Positions 59,561-64,000 of a stretch of DNA of 64,000 nucleotides are shown one piece after another. A program made the translations under genes and the position numbers. Position 1 is the first letter of the stretch. Each line of letters opens with the position of its first letter. Origin of the DNA: Octopus sinensis (lineage: Eukaryota); the NCBI RefSeq assembly GCF_006345805.1, contig NC_043006.1, forward strand, positions 15,252,001 through 15,316,000, in the 5' to 3' direction. The notes beneath the pieces were generated by a model. That model did not search any database. It had not been told where the DNA came from and was given only the letters and a program-made list of their open reading frames with translations.

Positions 59561-61830
59561 ATACCAACCCCGAAAAACCAAAAATAGTGAATCTCTCTAA
59601 CCTAAACCTGTCGACACCACAAATAAAAATCCTTTCAAGAGGACTAAAATTCACCCCAACTCCGCAATACCCTAACCTGAGGGAAATACAGGATGACATC
59701 TCACACTTTTGCAGAAAATTACGCCTTACAGAGGAATTCTTTGACAGGAAAACTAATAATGACGACGAATGAATGGTCCGTAACAAAAGCAACTATAATC
59801 CCATAAAAGGCAAAAACAAAACCTTAGACAAATTTTGCGATTACATCTCAAACTTCCCTTATGGTGAACTCCCACAACCTAAACTCAAACCCAACACCAG
59901 TAAAAGAGAATGGGAAATCATCCATACGCTACGAGACAATCATGACGTCACAATAAAGGAAGCTGACAAGGGTAGTACGGTCGTTGTTATGAATACTGAG
60001 CAATATAAAAACTCTGTATCTCTCCTTTTAGAGGATACCACATACTATGAAAGAGTAGTCGACTACCAGCAATCCAAAACAATGACCAAACTGAAGGCAC
60101 TCATTTACCAACACCGGAATGACTTGACAGCAAAGGAATGCGACTACATTACTAAATTTAATTGCAAAACCAGCACACTCTATGGGCTTCCAAAAATACA
60201 CAAGAGTCAAATTATCACAGAAGCTTGCAAAAAGTCCACTTCAACCTGCATCACTATACCACATCCCACTGATCTCAAACTGAGACCAATAGTGGCAGGC
60301 CCAAGTTGTGAAACACACAGACTTAGCAACTTTATAGATATCATCTTAAAGCCAATACTGAAACACATTCCAAGTATTGTAAGAGATGACCTGGACCTAT
60401 TAAATCATCTCCCCAAACATGCCGATAAAGACACCTTAATCGTTTCTTTTGATGTTATTAATCTTTACACCACAATCCCACATGAATATGGACTGGAAGC
60501 CATTAAATTCTGGCTGGATAAATATCCCAATGAGATCCCGGAAAGAATTAAAAAAGAATTCATAATTGAGGGCCTCAAATTTATTCTGCAAAACAACTTC
60601 ATGTATTTCCACAACAACACTTACAGACAGGTCTCAGGAACTGCAATGGGTACGAAAGTTGCACCTACCTATGCAAACCTGGTGATGGCCTACCTGGAAT
60701 CACATATCTATGAAAAATCCAAATATAAGTACGGCCAGTCTTTCCACAAATACCTGTTGGAGAACTGGAAACGCTACTTAGATGATTGCCTTATCCTATG
60801 GTCCCACACACTCGACCAACTTATAGACTTCAAAAACCTTATCAACAGTGTAAATAACAACATTCAATTCACAATGGAATATAGTCAGGACCAACTCCCT
60901 TTTCTTGACATCCTAATCATTAAAAAAGGCGTCAACATTGAAACTGACATCCATTACAAACCCACTGACTCTAAACAATACCTTCTATTCACCTCCAATC
61001 ACCCAAAACACACAAAGACAAATATCCCCTTCAACCTAGCGAGAAGAATCTGCACTATTGTCTCAAATGACACAACACGAAATAGAAGACTCCGGGAACT
61101 AAGGGCAATTCTTCTCGAAAGACATTACCCGGCATCACTAGTAGACAACGGAATAGAACGGGCCAAATCAATCAACATTCAAGACCTACGAAAACCCAAA
61201 CACATCCACAGTACAGTAAATAGCCTCCCCTATCTCTCAACACACAACCCAAGGAATGCAGAAGCTTACACTATTATATACAACAACATTCCACAACTAA
61301 ATCAAGACCCACGCCTGAAAAAAATACTGGCAGCTCATAAAATAATAAAAAGTAAGAGACAACCTAAATCCCTAAAAAACCTCCTCACCAACGCAAAATT
61401 ACACAACACAAACCCACCGCCCACCATCAAAAAATGTGGTCGCCCCAACTGCAAGACCTGCATCCACCTCATTGAGGGATCGTCGTACAAGTTCCACTCG
61501 GGACACACATTCATCATAAAAAATAATTTCACGTGCGCATCAAAAAATTTACTCTACGTCATAAGGTGTGAAGGATGCCACGAAGACTACATAGGGCAAA
61601 CGAGCCTTACCCTCAGAGAAAGAATGACAGTTCACCGACAACAACTGAGGGACCCCTCCACAAGACAGATACCACTAAGTGGACACTTAGGCCTTTGTGC
61701 ACACAATAAGTCCCCCAAATTCTTAGTCTTCCCACTATACCAATGCTCGGACAACACCACGGACCAAACACGAATAAATAAGGAAAGTAATCTTATTCAA
61801 AAATACAGACCACAACTAAACATACTCTGA
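59554..61830 (+). CDS. Penelope-like (Neptune-type) reverse transcriptase + GIY-YIG endonuclease, one in-frame TGA at 59770-59772
   Basis: IVNLS..LSRGLKFTPTP, KEADKG, YGLPKIHK, LRPIV, SFDVINLYT, GTAMGTKVAPTYANL, YLDD, PFLD, KPTD; Cys-rich CGRPNCKTC..FTC; LLYVIRC..YIGQT..LRERM. Confidence 0.95.
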
Positions 61831-62269
61831 CATACCCCCTGGACACACATCCAGAGCAAGCACACAGGGACACGCGCACACTCACAGCATATCGTGCGGG
61901 CGGTCACATGCGCGCATCGGCACGCATAGGACACACTAGCGGGCATTGACCGCACACATACGTGGCACGCACACGCATGCATTATATATATGTAGGTTAT
62001 GTATGTGTGTGAGTGTTGTGTGTGTGTGTGTGTGTGAGTGTGCACGTTGTGTGTGTGTGTGCGCGTGTGTATATATATGTGTGTGTGTGTGTGCACTGTA
62101 TGCGTGTGTGTGTATGTGTGTGTGTGTGCGCGTGTGTATATATATGTGTGTGTATGTGTTATATATGTGTGTGTGTGTGTGTGTGCACTGTGTGCGTGTG
62201 TGTGTGTATGTGTGTGTGTGTGTGTGAGCATTGTGTACGTGTGTATGTATTTACATGTGGATTTGTTTT

Positions 62270-62306
<37 letters not shown>

Positions 62307-62501
62307 TGTGTGTGTATATGCACGGTATGTGTGTATATGTGAGTACATTGTTTGTGTGTGTGTGCGGTATGTAGAGATATATTTGAGTGTGTACGCTATA
62401 GGTTTGTATTTTGTGTGTGTGGGTATGTGTGTGAATTTTATATATATATGTGTGTGTATGTGTGTGAAAAAAATATATATATGTGCATGTATGTATGTAT
62501 G

Positions 62502-62548
<47 letters not shown>

Positions 62549-64000
62549 GTGTGTGTGTATGTGTGTGTGTGTATGTATATTTGCATGTATATGTGTGTAT
62601 AAACAGGTGCATTATTTGCATGCGCATTGTGTATATGTATATTGTATGTATGTGTATTGTATATGTATGTGTACAATTAAGTGTATATATGTGTGTGTAT
62701 GTGTGCATTGTATATATGTATATTGTAGGTGTGCTATATATACATGAATACATGTATATGCGTTGCGTGTATATATATGTATGCATTGTATATGTATGTT
62801 ATGTGTGTGTGTGTCTATATATATTATATGTATGCGTACGTGTATGTGTATGCATTGTATGTATGTATATTGTGTGTATATGTGGTATATCTATGTATGT
62901 GTATGTAAACACTATTTATATGTATATATGTATATATGTATATGCATTGTCTATATATATATATATTATATGTATGTATTGCGTATGTATATTGCATGCA
63001 TATATTGTGTATGTGTATTATATACATGCTGTGTATGTGTATTGTATGTGTATATATATGCCAGGTGTATTTGTGTGATATTTATATTATGTATATATGT
63101 GTGCGTGTGTTGTGTGTGTGTGTTAGTGTGTGTGTGTGTTGTGTGTGTATGTGTTATATATGTGTGTATATTATATATAAATACATGTTATATTTGTGTG
63201 CTGTGTGTATATATTATATATGTGGGTGCGTTGTGTGTGTGTGAGTGTTCTGTGTGTGTGTGTGTGTGTGTTGTGTGTATGTGGTGTGTGTTTGTATACT
63301 ATGTGTGTGTCTGTTGTTGTTGTGGGTGTGTATATATGTGTGTGACAAACAGACGCTGTCTGACCAGCAGGCACACGGACACATCTATTCACACCCGCAT
63401 ACTCACCTCCCAATAACCCCAAAATCACTGATGCTTGAAGGGGAAGTATAAACCAAACTGGGTACACATCTTTTTTTCTCTCAATTCAACTTTTCTGCTG
63501 AAACAAACAGGTCAGTAAAAAACAAATTCTCGCCTTCGATTCAAAATATTCTGAGATGTCTAAAATATCCATTTTAATTTTCTCTGTCAATATTACAAGC
63601 TTTCTCACCAAACTATTACACTTCCTTATGTCTTTAACATGTCCTTTCTACCAAAGACTGTATATATATACATGTAATGTGACAATTTGCGACAACCAAT
63701 AATTAACGCAACCAAATTTCCAATAATATATTTGTTTTATTCTTTTCTGCCAATTTTTACAAATATTCTCATCACACTATTGAACTTTTTTATACTATAT
63801 TTATACATGTAATGTGACAATTATGTATAAAAAAACATTTTTGAATTCATAATATTCAATGTGACAATTATGTAAAAAACTTTTTTTGAACCCATAATAT
63901 TCAATGTTACTTTTGACAATCTTTTACCAAAGAGTGAAACCGGTTAAGTAAATAAACATCGTTTAAATTGCATTTTCAAACCTTTTTTCATATATATATA
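61831..64000 (+). mobile_element. 3' UTR / pseudo-LTR of the Neptune-type PLE (runs to window end)
   Basis: Mostly degenerate (TG/TA)n followed by an AT-rich unique block; repeated at 57205-58190 and, inverted, at 55125-56721. Confidence 0.9.

Noticed and set aside
59770-59772. TGA as selenocysteine
   Set aside because: The position is in the N-terminal RT extension rather than a Cys motif, and a Ser TCA>TGA change is simpler; no SECIS identified.

Overview
Eukaryotic, very AT-rich and microsatellite-saturated genomic DNA. The SINE, MITE and LINE repertoire looks like octopus (coleoid cephalopod); this is inferred from recalled repeat families, not a database search. About 40 transposon relics are identifiable: several tRNA-derived SINE families, hAT, piggyBac and Tc1/mariner MITEs, two non-autonomous Helitrons, mariner and probable Chapaev relics, a Gypsy 3' end with LTR, and CR1-like, RTE and RLE-type LINE ends. 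One clear host coding exon is present, a divergent GT31 beta-1,3-galactosyltransferase-like protein on the minus strand (38467-39674), plus a few candidate small exons. The right third is a Penelope-like element (PLE) cluster. It holds a decayed YRDD-type PLE, two inverted copies of a well-formed minimal type-I hammerhead ribozyme, and a young, nearly intact Neptune-type PLE. That PLE has a coiled-coil/low-complexity ORF1 overlapping the RT-GIY-YIG ORF2 in the -1 frame, with the HIV-1-type slippery heptamer T TTT TTA in the correct phase inside the short overlap, which suggests a gag-pol-like programmed -1 frameshift (best candidate for something undescribed). Other highlights: four independent head-to-tail arrays of one SINE with an identical 184-bp period and junction, a template-switch 5' rearrangement of the PLE, a perfect 42-bp fold-back, and a candidate 18-nt microexon. 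A 100-N scaffold gap (54753-54852) lies inside the PLE cluster, so some adjacency there may be an assembly artefact. Most short ORFs in the track are microsatellite translations.
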